Positions 9,880 to 19,641 are shown, numbered from the stretch's first letter. The stretch: 64,000 nucleotides of DNA from an uncultured OCS116 cluster bacterium (GCA_902632055.1 CACPAS010000003.1:2105-66104); one strand, 5' to 3'. The notes: generated by a model from the letters alone, not told the origin. Numbers and translations: made by a program.

Positions 9880-11175
9880 ATGATTGATATTAGGGTTGGG
9901 ATTATAGGTCTGGGTAGTGTCGGACAGGGTGTAGTCCAAATTATAAATGATAACATTTCACTTATTGAAAAGAAAACAAATACAAAAATAAGTATAATTG
10001 GTGTTTCTGGAAAAAATAAAAACAAACATAGGGATGTACAGATCGACAGATACCAATGGTACGATGATCCAATTTCTCTGGCTGGAAATGAGAATGCGGA
10101 CATAATAATTGAGCTTATTGGTGGAGAAGATGGGGTCGCCTTCGAAGTTGTTGAGAGTGCTATAAAAGCAGGGAAGCATGTGATTACAGCAAATAAGGCT
10201 CTCTTAGCTAAGAATGGAAACTATTTGTTTGAGCTCGCAGAAAAAATTGGCGTTAAACTATTATTTGAAGCGGCGATTGCTGGCACTATCCCAATTATCA
10301 AGACATTAAAAGAGAGCGTCGCATCAAATACAATATCTGCAATTTATGGGATATTGAATGGTACTTGTAATTACATTTTAACTTCAATGGAGAAGGGTGG
10401 TATAAGCTTTGAGAGTGCCTTGAAAAGGGCACAAGAACTCGGATTTGCTGAATCTGACCCAACTTTTGATATTGAAGGTTACGACGCTGCCCACAAGCTA
10501 TCAATACTATCAAGTATATGCTTTGGTCAGAAGATAAATTTCGATCAAGTAAAAATAGAGGGTATAAAATCGATAGAGCTGGATGATATTAGGGCTGCAA
10601 GTGATTATGGTTACGTAATTAGATTATTGGGGATAGCAAAGAGAAATGAGGACGATCATATTTCTCAGGTTGTCAGGCCATCTTTGCTATCAAAAGAGTC
10701 TGATCTTTCTGGGGTAGAGTGGGAAAAAAATGCTATATCTATCCGAGGAAATTATTTCAATGAGCTATTACTCTCAGGTCCGGGTGCGGGAAGGCTCCCA
10801 ACCGCTTCGGCAGTAATGGGGGATTTGTTTGATATTATCAACAATACGAAATACCCGTCCCTCGGTATGCCATTAAAAGCTCTATCTAACAGCAGTAAAG
10901 ATGGTAACATCGAGGAAAATCGTTTCTATTTGAGATTATTATTGCCAGATGTATCAGGAACAATGGCATCCATAACAAACACAATGGCAAAAAATGGAAT
11001 ATCTATTGATGATATTACGCAACGTATTTCAAAAAAGATGAAAGATAAGAATCTTGTTCCGATAACCATCATAACGAGCATGACTAATTATGAGTCGATA
11101 AACAAAGCTGTGGAAGATATTAATAAGAATAACTACAGTTCAGCCTCACCTAATATAATAACCATTGAAAATTAA
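9880..11175 (+). CDS. hom: Homoserine dehydrogenase
   Basis: N-terminal GIIGLGSVGQGV, a central catalytic domain (GILNGTCNYIL) and a C-terminal ACT-like domain. Confidence 0.9.
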   Translation: MIDIRVGIIGLGSVGQGVVQIINDNISLIEKKTNTKISIIGVSGKNKNKHRDVQIDRYQWYDDPISLAGNENADIIIELIGGEDGVAFEVVESAIKAGKHVITANKALLAKNGNYLFELAEKIGVKLLFEAAIAGTIPIIKTLKESVASNTISAIYGILNGTCNYILTSMEKGGISFESALKRAQELGFAESDPTFDIEGYDAAHKLSILSSICFGQKINFDQVKIEGIKSIELDDIRAASDYGYVIRLLGIAKRNEDDHISQVVRPSLLSKESDLSGVEWEKNAISIRGNYFNELLLSGPGAGRLPTASAVMGDLFDIINNTKYPSLGMPLKALSNSSKDGNIEENRFYLRLLLPDVSGTMASITNTMAKNGISIDDITQRISKKMKDKNLVPITIITSMTNYESINKAVEDINKNNYSSASPNIITIEN

Positions 11176-11190
11176 GCACTGGATTATCTT

Positions 11191-12138
11191 ATGGATAGGG
11201 AATTTACCCTCGAAATAGTAAGAGTTACTGAGTCTGCAGCTATTGCTGCGGCTAAATTGCGCGGAAAAGGCGATGAAAAACAAGCTGATCAGGCAGCCGT
11301 CGATGCAATGCGTACTCAATTGAATTTAATAAAGATGCATGGCACTGTTGTTATTGGGGAGGGTGAAAGAGACGAGGCTCCAATGTTATATATTGGAGAA
11401 AAAGTTGGATCTGGTGATGGGCCTCAAACTGATATTGCACTCGATCCTCTCGAGGGCACAACATTGTGTGCAAAGTCCATGCCAAATGCTTTAGCGGTTG
11501 TTGCTGTTTCAGAATCGGGAGGAATGCTGAATGCACCTGATACCTACATGGATAAAATTGCTATTGGACCAGGGTACCCTAAAGATTTAATCAGCCTTGA
11601 TGCCTCGCCTGCTGAGAATGTTGAGTTAATAGCAAAAGAAAAGGGAGTTAATCCCAGCGAAATTGGTGTTTGTATATTGGATCGTGATAGGCATCTAAAA
11701 CACATAGAGTCTGTTCGAAGTACTGGAGCATCCGTACATTTGATTCAAGACGGCGACGTTGCCGGCGTAATCGCTACAACAGATCCTGACTTAACTAATA
11801 TTGATATGTACATTGGCATCGGGGGTGCACCGGAAGGGGTATTGGCTGCTGCAGCTTTGAAATGTATTGGGGGCCAAATGCAATCAAGAATTATAATAAA
11901 TAATACAGATGAGGAGCAGAGGGCAAAGAAAATGGGTATTACAGATATAAATTTAGTTTACAAGCTCGATGATTTGGTGTCTAAGGATGTCATCTTTTCA
12001 GCGAGCGGGGTAACAGATGGTTCCCTATTGAAGGGCGTTGTTTTTCAGGATGAAAGGGTATTTGTCGAAACGCTTGTTATGAGATCAAATAATGGCACAA
12101 TCCGCCACCTCAAGACAGAATATAGAGACACCAACTAA
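11191..12138 (+). CDS. glpX: Fructose-1,6-bisphosphatase class II (GlpX)
   Basis: Typical GlpX sequence (VTESAAIAAAKLRGKGDEKQADQAAVDAM, DPLEGTT, GGAPEGV). Confidence 0.9.
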   Translation: MDREFTLEIVRVTESAAIAAAKLRGKGDEKQADQAAVDAMRTQLNLIKMHGTVVIGEGERDEAPMLYIGEKVGSGDGPQTDIALDPLEGTTLCAKSMPNALAVVAVSESGGMLNAPDTYMDKIAIGPGYPKDLISLDASPAENVELIAKEKGVNPSEIGVCILDRDRHLKHIESVRSTGASVHLIQDGDVAGVIATTDPDLTNIDMYIGIGGAPEGVLAAAALKCIGGQMQSRIIINNTDEEQRAKKMGITDINLVYKLDDLVSKDVIFSASGVTDGSLLKGVVFQDERVFVETLVMRSNNGTIRHLKTEYRDTN

Positions 12139-12145
12139 CTGTGTG

Positions 12146-13912
12146 ATGGATATTCAATCCTCAAAGCTTGATAGCATAAACTCCGTATCAAATAATACTT
12201 GGCATTACAAACCAATCAAAAACGAAACAATCAATCAGATTGAAAAAAATTTTGATTTAGAAAAACTTATTGCAACAATCCTCTTAAATAGAGGTGTTGT
12301 GAGTTCTGAGTTAACCAGATTTCTGGATCATACTCTAAAAAAAAATATTCCCGACCCAACTATAATTAATGGTATGGAAAAAGCAATAAGAAGAATAAGC
12401 AAAGCTGTTTTGAACAAAGAGAAAATCGGAATTATTGGCGATTACGATGTTGATGGAATTGTTTCAGCGTGCATTTTGTATAATTATCTGCGGCCTTATT
12501 GTCCTGTAATTGTCAAAATACCGGATCGATTTATAGATGGCTATGGCCCAAATGCCAAGTTTATAGAGGAATTAAAACAAAACAATGTTAATTTAATTAT
12601 TACAGTAGATTGTGGGTCAAACTCAGCGGATTTAATATCTAAAACGGATGATGTTGATATTATTATATTCGATCACCACCAAACAGATCATCGCGATGAT
12701 GTTGGCTTCGCAAATGTTAATCCAAATCGAGATGACGATAAAAGTGGCTTAAATTACCTTGCCGCAGCCGGTGTAGTTTTTTTAGCAATAATTGGACTGA
12801 ATAGAGAATTAAGAAATCAGGATTTCTTTAAAAATGAGCTACCTGACAGAGATCTTCTGCAATTTGTTCCCATGGTCGCCTTGGCAACTGTTGCCGATGT
12901 AGTTCCACTTTTGAAGCTGAATAGAGCTTTTGTTAAGCAGGGACTGAAACTGTATGGTAAGTATAATAATTATGGAATTAACTCAATTCTGCGACAAAAT
13001 AACTCCAAAAGCGATATTTCTCATCAAAATATTGGTTATTTAATTAGCCCAATGATTAATGCGGGTGGTAGAATGGGTAGATCTTATCTTGGTTTTGAGC
13101 TTCTTACATCTGATAGCCCTGATCGTGCCGATCAAATCGCAGGTGAGTTGAAACTTCTTAATGAGTCAAGAAAATCAAAAGAACAGTATTGCCTTGATTT
13201 GGCGATTGAAGAGTATGAAAATAATTTCAAAAATCACTCAATTATTGCATTAGAGCTTGATGCATTGCACATAGGTGTAATTGGTCTCATATCCTCGCGC
13301 CTCACAAATAGGTATCAGAAAACATCTTGCATTATGACCTCCTTACCAGATGCCACTGATATTCTAATTGGTTCAGCAAGATCTTGGGGTGATGTGAATA
13401 TTGGAGGTTTAATTAGTGACGCACTATCAAATAAAATACTAATATCTGGCGGTGGACATAAAATGGCGGCAGGTTTTAAACTATACCGCGAAAATTTGGC
13501 TTTATTCAGGAAGTTTCTTGCAAATACAAAACTGGATACGGATGTAATGAAGAAAAAAGTCATATCAGCTGATGGGATTCTAATGGCATCTGCCATAACG
13601 AATGAATTAGTAGAAAAAATAGTTGATCTCGGTCCTTTTGGCAACTCCTTCGAGGAACCGCTATTTATCTTTCCTGGTCATCGGATATTAGAACTTACTG
13701 CATTAAAGAATCAACATCTGAAGTTAAAGATTGCTGATAGTAGCGGTTTTAGGATTGATGCAATTTCTTTTAGATCATTCGATTTACCGCTTGGGCAATT
13801 CTTGAGGGAAAACCAGCATAAAAAAATACATTTTCTGGGTAGACTTACATTAAATTCTTGGAATGATAAAGTGACACCACAATTAATTATTGATGATGCG
13901 GCGATAACTTAA
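12146..13912 (+). CDS. recJ: Single-stranded-DNA-specific exonuclease RecJ
   Basis: DHH motifs (GDYDVDG, DCGS, DHH) and a DHHA1 motif (GGGHKMAAG). The internal ATG at 12146 avoids the overlap with glpX implied by the ORF-track start at 12092. Confidence 0.9.
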   Translation: MDIQSSKLDSINSVSNNTWHYKPIKNETINQIEKNFDLEKLIATILLNRGVVSSELTRFLDHTLKKNIPDPTIINGMEKAIRRISKAVLNKEKIGIIGDYDVDGIVSACILYNYLRPYCPVIVKIPDRFIDGYGPNAKFIEELKQNNVNLIITVDCGSNSADLISKTDDVDIIIFDHHQTDHRDDVGFANVNPNRDDDKSGLNYLAAAGVVFLAIIGLNRELRNQDFFKNELPDRDLLQFVPMVALATVADVVPLLKLNRAFVKQGLKLYGKYNNYGINSILRQNNSKSDISHQNIGYLISPMINAGGRMGRSYLGFELLTSDSPDRADQIAGELKLLNESRKSKEQYCLDLAIEEYENNFKNHSIIALELDALHIGVIGLISSRLTNRYQKTSCIMTSLPDATDILIGSARSWGDVNIGGLISDALSNKILISGGGHKMAAGFKLYRENLALFRKFLANTKLDTDVMKKKVISADGILMASAITNELVEKIVDLGPFGNSFEEPLFIFPGHRILELTALKNQHLKLKIADSSGFRIDAISFRSFDLPLGQFLRENQHKKIHFLGRLTLNSWNDKVTPQLIIDDAAIT

Positions 13913-13964
13913 TAAAAAACTTGCTTGGCAATTACGAATATAATACTTATATATCAAATATGTT

Positions 13965-14039
13965 GCTCCCTTCGTCTATCGGTTAGGACGCAAGGTTTTC
14001 AACCTTGAAAGAGGGGTTCGATTCCCCTAGGGAGCGCCA
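13965..14039 (+). tRNA. tRNA-Glu (anticodon UUC), CCA encoded
   Basis: Hand-folded cloverleaf: acceptor GCTCCCT/AGGGAGC, D stem GTCT/GGAC, anticodon stem CAAGG/CCTTG with loop TTTTCAA, T stem AGGGG/CCCCT and T loop TTCGATT. Confidence 0.9.
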
Positions 14040-14210
14040 ATTTCTCTCTGTACTTATATTTATAGAATATTGTTATAAAACAGATCTATGATTTTGTTAT
14101 TTACAAAGAATCAATGTTATATATATGTATATCTAGGATTTGTGGCGGACCTGTCTTAATTATTATTTTTTTATTTCATATAATAAACATTTGATATATA
14201 TATCACTGTA

Positions 14211-14287
14211 CGGGGCGTAGCGCAGCCTGGTAGCGCAACTGGTTTGGGACCAGTGGGTCGGGAGTTCGAATCTCTCCGCCCCGACCA
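14211..14287 (+). tRNA. tRNA-Pro (anticodon UGG), CCA encoded
   Basis: Hand-folded cloverleaf: acceptor CGGGGCG/CGCCCCG, D stem GCGC/GCGC, anticodon stem ACTGG/CCAGT with loop TTTGGGA, and T loop TTCGAAT. Confidence 0.9.
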
Positions 14288-14315
14288 ATTTATGTGAACA
14301 AAGAAAATTTGTACA

Positions 14316-14621
14316 ATGAAAGCAAAGATCTATAAACCCACAAAAACTTCAATGCAATCAGGGCTTGGAAAAACCAAAAAGTGGATTTTTGAGTATCATA
14401 AGCAAAAAGACTCAATCAGAGAGCCTCTTATGGGTTGGACTGGCTCGCAGGATACTAACGAGCAAGTCAAGCTATTATTCGATGATATTGATCAAGCAAT
14501 AAGTTATGCAAAAAAAAATAATATTGAATATGAAGTTATTCCAGAGATGAAGAAAAAATATAGCGGTAAGTTATACGCTGATAATTTCAGATTTGATAGG
14601 AAAGATAAGTGGACACATTAA
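14316..14621 (+). CDS. ETC complex I subunit conserved-region protein (NDUFS4 / 18-kDa subunit homologue)
   Basis: 101 aa, with AKIYKP.K..MQSG.....W..EY......[11 protein letters not shown]...QVKL.F......I.YA......Y.V, which matches the NDUFS4-like family found as a stand-alone gene in alphaproteobacteria. Confidence 0.8.
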   Translation: MKAKIYKPTKTSMQSGLGKTKKWIFEYHKQKDSIREPLMGWTGSQDTNEQVKLLFDDIDQAISYAKKNNIEYEVIPEMKKKYSGKLYADNFRFDRKDKWTH

Positions 14622-14627
14622 ATTATT

Positions 14628-14704
14628 GGCCCCGTAGCTCAGTTGGATAGAGCAGTAGATTTCTAATCTGAAGGTCCGAGGTTCGAGTCCTCGCGGGGTC
14701 GCCA
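14628..14704 (+). tRNA. tRNA-Arg (anticodon UCU), CCA encoded
   Basis: Hand-folded cloverleaf: acceptor GGCCCCG/CGGGGTC, D arm GCTC-AGTTGGATA-GAGC, anticodon loop TTTCTAA (U33, A37), T stem CGAGG/CCTCG. The 27:43 pair is a G-A mismatch. Confidence 0.85.
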
Positions 14705-14771
14705 ACTCATTTTCTTTGTATATATTTATATATAATTTCTAGACATTAATTTTTTATGATATTTATAGAAA

Positions 14772-16262
14772 ATGCAAAACATTCTAGAAATTGATGGCAT
14801 ATCTAAATCATTTTCTGATATTCAAGCAAACAATGATATTTCTTTATATCTCAGGCAAGGTCAGATACATGCGCTATTAGGTGAAAATGGCGCTGGAAAA
14901 TCAACATTAGTTAAAATTATATATGGTATTGTCAAGCCTGATCATGGCACAATGACACTAAATGGAAAGCCCTATGATCCTGATACCCCAGAGGTTGCGC
15001 GAAATGAGGGAATAGGTATGGTGTTTCAGCATTTTTCACTCTTTGAGAGCTTATCGGTGCTTGACAATATAATCTTAGGGCAAAAGGAAAATCTAAAGAA
15101 AGATAAAATTTTAGAGAGGCTTGACTATTTACAAAATGAGTATGATTTATTTATTGATATAAATAAAATCGTGGCAACCTTATCGGCTGGTGAAAAACAA
15201 AAAGTAGAAATCATCAGGTGTATGCTTCAGGATCCTAAAATTATGATCTTGGATGAGCCAACATCTGTACTTAATCCTTCCGAAGTAGAAAAATTATTTA
15301 GCTTCCTAAGAAAACTGTCAGACCAAGGTATGGCTGTGCTTTATATTTCACATAAGCTGCATGAGATTAAAGAGCTTTGTGATACATCAACCATACTAAG
15401 AGGCGGTAAAGTTGTAAAAAGCTGTGATACCGCAAGTATTACAATAGAAGATCTCGCGCAATTGATGGTAGGTAAGGCCATAGATAATAAGGTTAAATTA
15501 TCTGAGCCAAAACAGGCAAGAGTACTAGATATAAAAAATATTTCATACACCAATCCAGATATCTACGGCGTTTCTTTGAAAGGAATTAAATTTAGTGTAA
15601 ATTTTGGTGAGATATTTGGTATTGCTGGAATTTCAGGTAACGGTCAAACTGAACTCATGAAAATCTTATCAGGAGAAGTGGGGACATCTGATGGAAATCA
15701 AATATTATACCATGATGAAGATATAAGCAATTTGGGTATAAATGAACGAAGAAAAAGGGAAATAGTTTTTGTGCCCGAGGATCGATTGGGACATAGTGCC
15801 GTAGGTGGCTTATCCTTATCAGAGAATCTTTTATTGACTAATCTTTGGGACCTAAAATTTTTTTCAAAAGGCGTCATTGACTCTAATTACGTAAACGAAA
15901 AGACAGTCGAGGTAATAAAGAAATTTAATGTACAATGCAATGACGCCGCATCTCTTGCCTCAAGCCTTTCTGGAGGAAATCTTCAAAAATTTGTTGTTGG
16001 TAGAGAAATCATAAAGATGCCTAAACTTGTGGTCTGTGAGCAGCCAACTTGGGGTGTTGATGTTGGATCAGCGAGTTTAATACATAATTTTTTAATTGAG
16101 ATATCTAACACAGGCTCAGCAATTCTTATAATTTCACAAGATTTAGATGAGCTGAGATCTATTTGTCACAGAATAGCAATAATATCGAACGGAGTTCTGT
16201 CAAAGCCATACGATGCAAATAGAATCACGCCTCAAGATATTGCGCTTGAGATGGCAAAATAA
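14772..16262 (+). CDS. ABC transporter ATP-binding protein with duplicated ATPase domains (sugar/nucleoside CUT2 type)
   Basis: Two Walker A motifs (GENGAGKST, GISGNGQTE) and two signature motifs (LSAGEKQK, LSGGNLQK). Confidence 0.9.
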   Translation: MQNILEIDGISKSFSDIQANNDISLYLRQGQIHALLGENGAGKSTLVKIIYGIVKPDHGTMTLNGKPYDPDTPEVARNEGIGMVFQHFSLFESLSVLDNIILGQKENLKKDKILERLDYLQNEYDLFIDINKIVATLSAGEKQKVEIIRCMLQDPKIMILDEPTSVLNPSEVEKLFSFLRKLSDQGMAVLYISHKLHEIKELCDTSTILRGGKVVKSCDTASITIEDLAQLMVGKAIDNKVKLSEPKQARVLDIKNISYTNPDIYGVSLKGIKFSVNFGEIFGIAGISGNGQTELMKILSGEVGTSDGNQILYHDEDISNLGINERRKREIVFVPEDRLGHSAVGGLSLSENLLLTNLWDLKFFSKGVIDSNYVNEKTVEVIKKFNVQCNDAASLASSLSGGNLQKFVVGREIIKMPKLVVCEQPTWGVDVGSASLIHNFLIEISNTGSAILIISQDLDELRSICHRIAIISNGVLSKPYDANRITPQDIALEMAK

Positions 16263-16271
16263 AATATAAAT

Positions 16272-17342
16272 ATGTTTAAGCTACAAAAAAAAGAAATAAT
16301 TGATCAGTCAAGTCTTTACACCGTTCCCCTAATTGCAATCGGTTGCTCGCTAATATTTGTGTTCATTTTATTTTTGTTAATTGGAAAAAATCCGATATTA
16401 GCAATCTTTATTATATTTATTGAACCTCTCTTGTCTATTTTTGGATTATCCGAACTAATTGTAAAGTCCACCCCCCTAATAATTATTGCGCTTGGGTTAT
16501 CGATAGGGTTTCGAGCTGGTGTATGGAATATTGGCGCCGAAGGTCAATACACAATAGGAGCACTCTTCGGCGGCGCAGCTATACTAGCGTTTTACCCAAA
16601 CAATGGAATATGGATTTTACCTTTATCATTTTTTATTGCAATAGTCGGAGGGATTTTATGGGGTATGATTCCTGCATTTTTTAAAGCCAGATTTAATACA
16701 AATGAGATTCTTGTGAGTTTAATGCTGACCTATGTTGCAACATTATTATTGAGCGGTATGGTCTATGGTCCATTAAAAAACCCAGACGGATTTAATTTCC
16801 CTGAAAGTAGACTATTTCACGACTCCGGTACCTTACCTATAATTTTTCCGGGTACGCGGGCACATATTGGTTTTCTCATAGCAATAATTCTAGTTGGTTT
16901 GATGTACTATCTATTGAAGAAGCATAAATTTGGTTACCATGTTAGAGTATCTGGGGAGTCTCCAAGGGCATTAGTTTTCTCAGGTAGATCTACTAATTAT
17001 ATGGTCTACCTCAGCTTCATTATTTCTGGTGCATTTGCTGGTTTAGCCGGCGTTATTGAAGTTTCAGGACCCGTCGGTCAGTTAGTGCCAGCGATACCAG
17101 TCGGATATGGCTTTACCGCAATAATTGTGGCTTTCCTTGGCAGGTTGAATCCACTTGGTATTTTTTTTGCGGGATTTTTGTTAGCACTTACATATATCGG
17201 TGGAGAGGCCGCGCAAATTAGGCTTGGGTTACCAAACGCAATAACAGGTGTTTTTCAGGGTGTCTTACTGTTTTCACTACTCGCAGCTGAAGCTTTTACA
17301 AATTACACAATATCTCTAAAAAAGATAAGAGGAAATATCTGA
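16272..17342 (+). CDS. ABC transporter permease
   Basis: 356-aa polytopic membrane protein that follows the ATPase gene. It is the permease type usually paired with BMP-family binding proteins. Confidence 0.85.
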   Translation: MFKLQKKEIIDQSSLYTVPLIAIGCSLIFVFILFLLIGKNPILAIFIIFIEPLLSIFGLSELIVKSTPLIIIALGLSIGFRAGVWNIGAEGQYTIGALFGGAAILAFYPNNGIWILPLSFFIAIVGGILWGMIPAFFKARFNTNEILVSLMLTYVATLLLSGMVYGPLKNPDGFNFPESRLFHDSGTLPIIFPGTRAHIGFLIAIILVGLMYYLLKKHKFGYHVRVSGESPRALVFSGRSTNYMVYLSFIISGAFAGLAGVIEVSGPVGQLVPAIPVGYGFTAIIVAFLGRLNPLGIFFAGFLLALTYIGGEAAQIRLGLPNAITGVFQGVLLFSLLAAEAFTNYTISLKKIRGNI

Positions 17343-18262
17343 TGGATTTACTGATTGCTATATTTCAAGGAATTATTATTGCATCAACGCCCCTTGTACT
17401 TGCTGCAGTCGGAGAACTTGTTGTAGAGAAGTCAGGCGTTTTAAATCTGGGCGTTGAAGGAATGATGATTGTGGGTGCTGTTACAAGTTTTATAATTACA
17501 TATGAGACCGGTAGTCACTTTTTAGGACTTACAGCTGCAATAATATCTGCGGGGCTTGTTGCATCACTATTTGGTTTATTGACACAGTATCTTTTAAGTA
17601 ACCAGGTCGCTACAGGGCTTGCCCTTACTTTATTTGGTCTTGGTTTGGCGTCTTTAATTGGTCAAACATATTCAGGTATTAGTTTGGATACTTTCCCAAT
17701 CTTGGATGTCTATCTACTCACAGAAATTCCAATTATTGGGAGCCTCTTATTTAATTTCGATTATTTAGTTTATCTATCAATAATAATTGTTGTGTCCGTG
17801 TATTATTTTCTAAATAAAACAAAATTTGGCCTTGTTTTGACAGCAATTGGGGACAATCATGACTCAGCACATTCACTTGGTTACTCGGTGAAAATGGTTA
17901 GATTATTTGCAATAATTTTCGGTGGATCTTGTGCGGGTCTGGGTGGTGCGTATTTATCTCTTGTTCAAACACCAATGTGGGTTGAGAATATGACAGCTGG
18001 GCGTGGATGGATTGCTTTAGCGATAGTTGTATTTTCCGTTTGGAGACCGCTTTGGGTATTAGTTGGTGCATATGTATTTGGGGGCATCACAATTATACAA
18101 CTACACGTGCAGGCTTTTGGTGTAAACATTGGAGCACAGTACATGTCAATGATGCCTTATCTTGTAACGATCGTCGTGCTTGTATTTATTTCAATGAACA
18201 AGAATAGGTTGGCTGTTAATGCACCAAATTGTCTAAACAGGTTATTTACATCAGATCTTTAG
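17342..18262 (+). CDS. ABC transporter permease
   Basis: 306-aa polytopic membrane protein. Its start overlaps the previous stop (TGATG), indicating translational coupling. Confidence 0.85.
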   Translation: MDLLIAIFQGIIIASTPLVLAAVGELVVEKSGVLNLGVEGMMIVGAVTSFIITYETGSHFLGLTAAIISAGLVASLFGLLTQYLLSNQVATGLALTLFGLGLASLIGQTYSGISLDTFPILDVYLLTEIPIIGSLLFNFDYLVYLSIIIVVSVYYFLNKTKFGLVLTAIGDNHDSAHSLGYSVKMVRLFAIIFGGSCAGLGGAYLSLVQTPMWVENMTAGRGWIALAIVVFSVWRPLWVLVGAYVFGGITIIQLHVQAFGVNIGAQYMSMMPYLVTIVVLVFISMNKNRLAVNAPNCLNRLFTSDL

Positions 18263-18338
18263 AAGTTCAAATTTCATAAGGGTATGCTATAAAATTTTGT
18301 CTAAGAATAATGATAAAAAATTTCAATTAATTCAGTGG

Positions 18339-18399
18339 AATAATTACAATTAAACTTCATATTGAAGTTAAAAGGTCTACTATTGAATTGTAATTTATT
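18339..18399 (+). repeat. Nested inverted repeat in the permease-to-binding-protein spacer
   Basis: Outer arms AATTACAATT (18342-18351) and AATTGTAATT (18386-18395) are perfect complements. Inner hairpin: AACTTCA-TAT-TGAAGTT (18353-18369). Confidence 0.5.
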
Positions 18400-18434
18400 A
18401 ACTAAGTAGTTGCTTGTTGCTAAATTATAAGTAG

Positions 18435-18466
18435 ATAAATAGGCATTACCCATCTTGCCTACTTAT
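18435..18466 (+). repeat. Hairpin in the putative 5' leader of the BMP binding-protein gene
   Basis: ATAAATAGGCA (18435-18445) pairs with TGCCTACTTAT (18456-18466) at 10 of 11 positions, with a 10-nt loop. An upstream copy ATAAGTAG (18427-18434) can pair perfectly with CTACTTAT (18459-18466) instead. Confidence 0.4.
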
Positions 18467-18497
18467 TTAATGTCCCATTTTATATACGGAGTTATCA

Positions 18498-19583
18498 ATG
18501 TCAAAAAAAGTACTTGGATCTATAATAGTTATACTGATTATAGCTGTTGGTTTTTATTATCAATTTCAATTGTCGGAGGATAATAAAGTTAAAAAAGTTG
18601 GCTTTATCTATGTTGGCCCTGTTACAGATTTTGGATGGACCTATGAACATGACCAAGGTCGAAAGGCTGTTGTAGAGGCATTCGGAGAGACTGTGGAGAC
18701 AACATATGCTGAGAGTGTTTCAGAAGGCCCAGATGCCGAAAGAGCTATTACTCAAATGGCAAGAGACCATGACCTCATATTTACAACATCTTTTGGGTAT
18801 ATGAACCCAACCATCAAGGTTGCAAAGAAGTTTAAGAAAGTTAAATTTGAGCACGCAACCGGATACCAGAGAGCTGACAACGTTGCAACATATGCAGCCA
18901 GGTTCTATGAAGGGCGTCATCTGATAGGTCTAATTGCAGGTGGTATGACCCAAACTAATACTATTGGTTACATTGCTTCATTTCCCATTCCCGAAGTAAT
19001 TAGGGGGATCAATGCAGCATACCTTGCGGCTACATCTGTAAACCCTACTGTGGAGTTCAAGATAGTATGGGTCTACACATGGTTTGACCCAGGAAAAGAG
19101 GCTGATGCAGCAAAAGCGCTCATTGATCAAGGTGCTGATATTATTATGCAACACACTGACTCTGCGGCTGCGATGACAATTGCCGAAGAAGAGGGTATAT
19201 ATGCCTTTGGACAGGCTTCGGATATGATCCAGTTTGGTCCAAACGCGCAATTAACCGCCATAATAGATGATTGGGCACCATATTATGTAGAGAGAACACA
19301 AGCTTTGTTCGATAAAACATGGGAGTCTGGGGATACATGGGGTGGTATGCCAACTGGAATGGTCAAGTTAGCAGATATATCTGATGATGTTCCAAAAGTT
19401 GTTGTAAACCTCGTGAATGAGGCACGAGAGGGAATACTTTCTGGTGACATACACCCATTTACGGGTCCAATAAACAAGCAGGACGGAACAGCCTGGCTTG
19501 CCGAGGGTGAAGTTGCCTCAGATGGTGATTTGCTTGGAATGGATTTCTATGTCGAAGGGGTTAATGGCGTCATTCCAAATTAA
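18498..19583 (+). CDS. BMP-family ABC transporter substrate-binding protein (PnrA/Med-like, probably nucleoside/purine)
   Basis: N-terminal hydrophobic anchor, then VGFIYVGPVTDFGWTYEHDQG and further BMP/PnrA-like sequence. Visibly higher G+C and different codon usage from its neighbours, consistent with high expression. Confidence 0.85.
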   Translation: MSKKVLGSIIVILIIAVGFYYQFQLSEDNKVKKVGFIYVGPVTDFGWTYEHDQGRKAVVEAFGETVETTYAESVSEGPDAERAITQMARDHDLIFTTSFGYMNPTIKVAKKFKKVKFEHATGYQRADNVATYAARFYEGRHLIGLIAGGMTQTNTIGYIASFPIPEVIRGINAAYLAATSVNPTVEFKIVWVYTWFDPGKEADAAKALIDQGADIIMQHTDSAAAMTIAEEEGIYAFGQASDMIQFGPNAQLTAIIDDWAPYYVERTQALFDKTWESGDTWGGMPTGMVKLADISDDVPKVVVNLVNEAREGILSGDIHPFTGPINKQDGTAWLAEGEVASDGDLLGMDFYVEGVNGVIPN

Positions 19584-19594
19584 AATATCGCAAA

Positions 19595-19620
19595 GAGCGC
19601 GTCTAGTTAATGGCGCGCTC
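19595..19620 (+). terminator. GC-rich stem-loop after the binding-protein gene (candidate terminator)
   Basis: GAGCGCG (19595-19601) pairs with CGCGCTC (19614-19620) around a 12-nt loop, 12 nt after the stop codon. No clear U-tract follows. It is the only strong GC hairpin I saw in an intergenic region. Confidence 0.4.
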
Positions 19621-19641
19621 AGAATATCATGAGCCAAAATC

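Noticed and set aside
14628-14704. An alternative fold of the third tRNA that puts CUA (an amber suppressor) in the anticodon position.
   Set aside because: That register gives a 5-nt loop, or loses U33 and a purine at 37. The standard numbering gives loop TTTCTAA with anticodon UCU (Arg), and the D arm matches tRNA-Arg(UCU).
13913-14771. The tRNA cluster as an integration hotspot or remnant genomic island.
   Set aside because: I saw no integrase, no duplicated tRNA 3' fragment (att-like direct repeat) and no foreign-looking genes. The only CDS there is a conserved respiratory-chain homologue.
18498-19583. Locally higher G+C and different codon usage in the BMP binding-protein gene (also metY and gltA) as a sign of horizontal transfer.
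   Set aside because: These are expected to be highly expressed core genes, so expression-linked codon bias is the simpler explanation. Synteny is intact and no mobility genes flank them.
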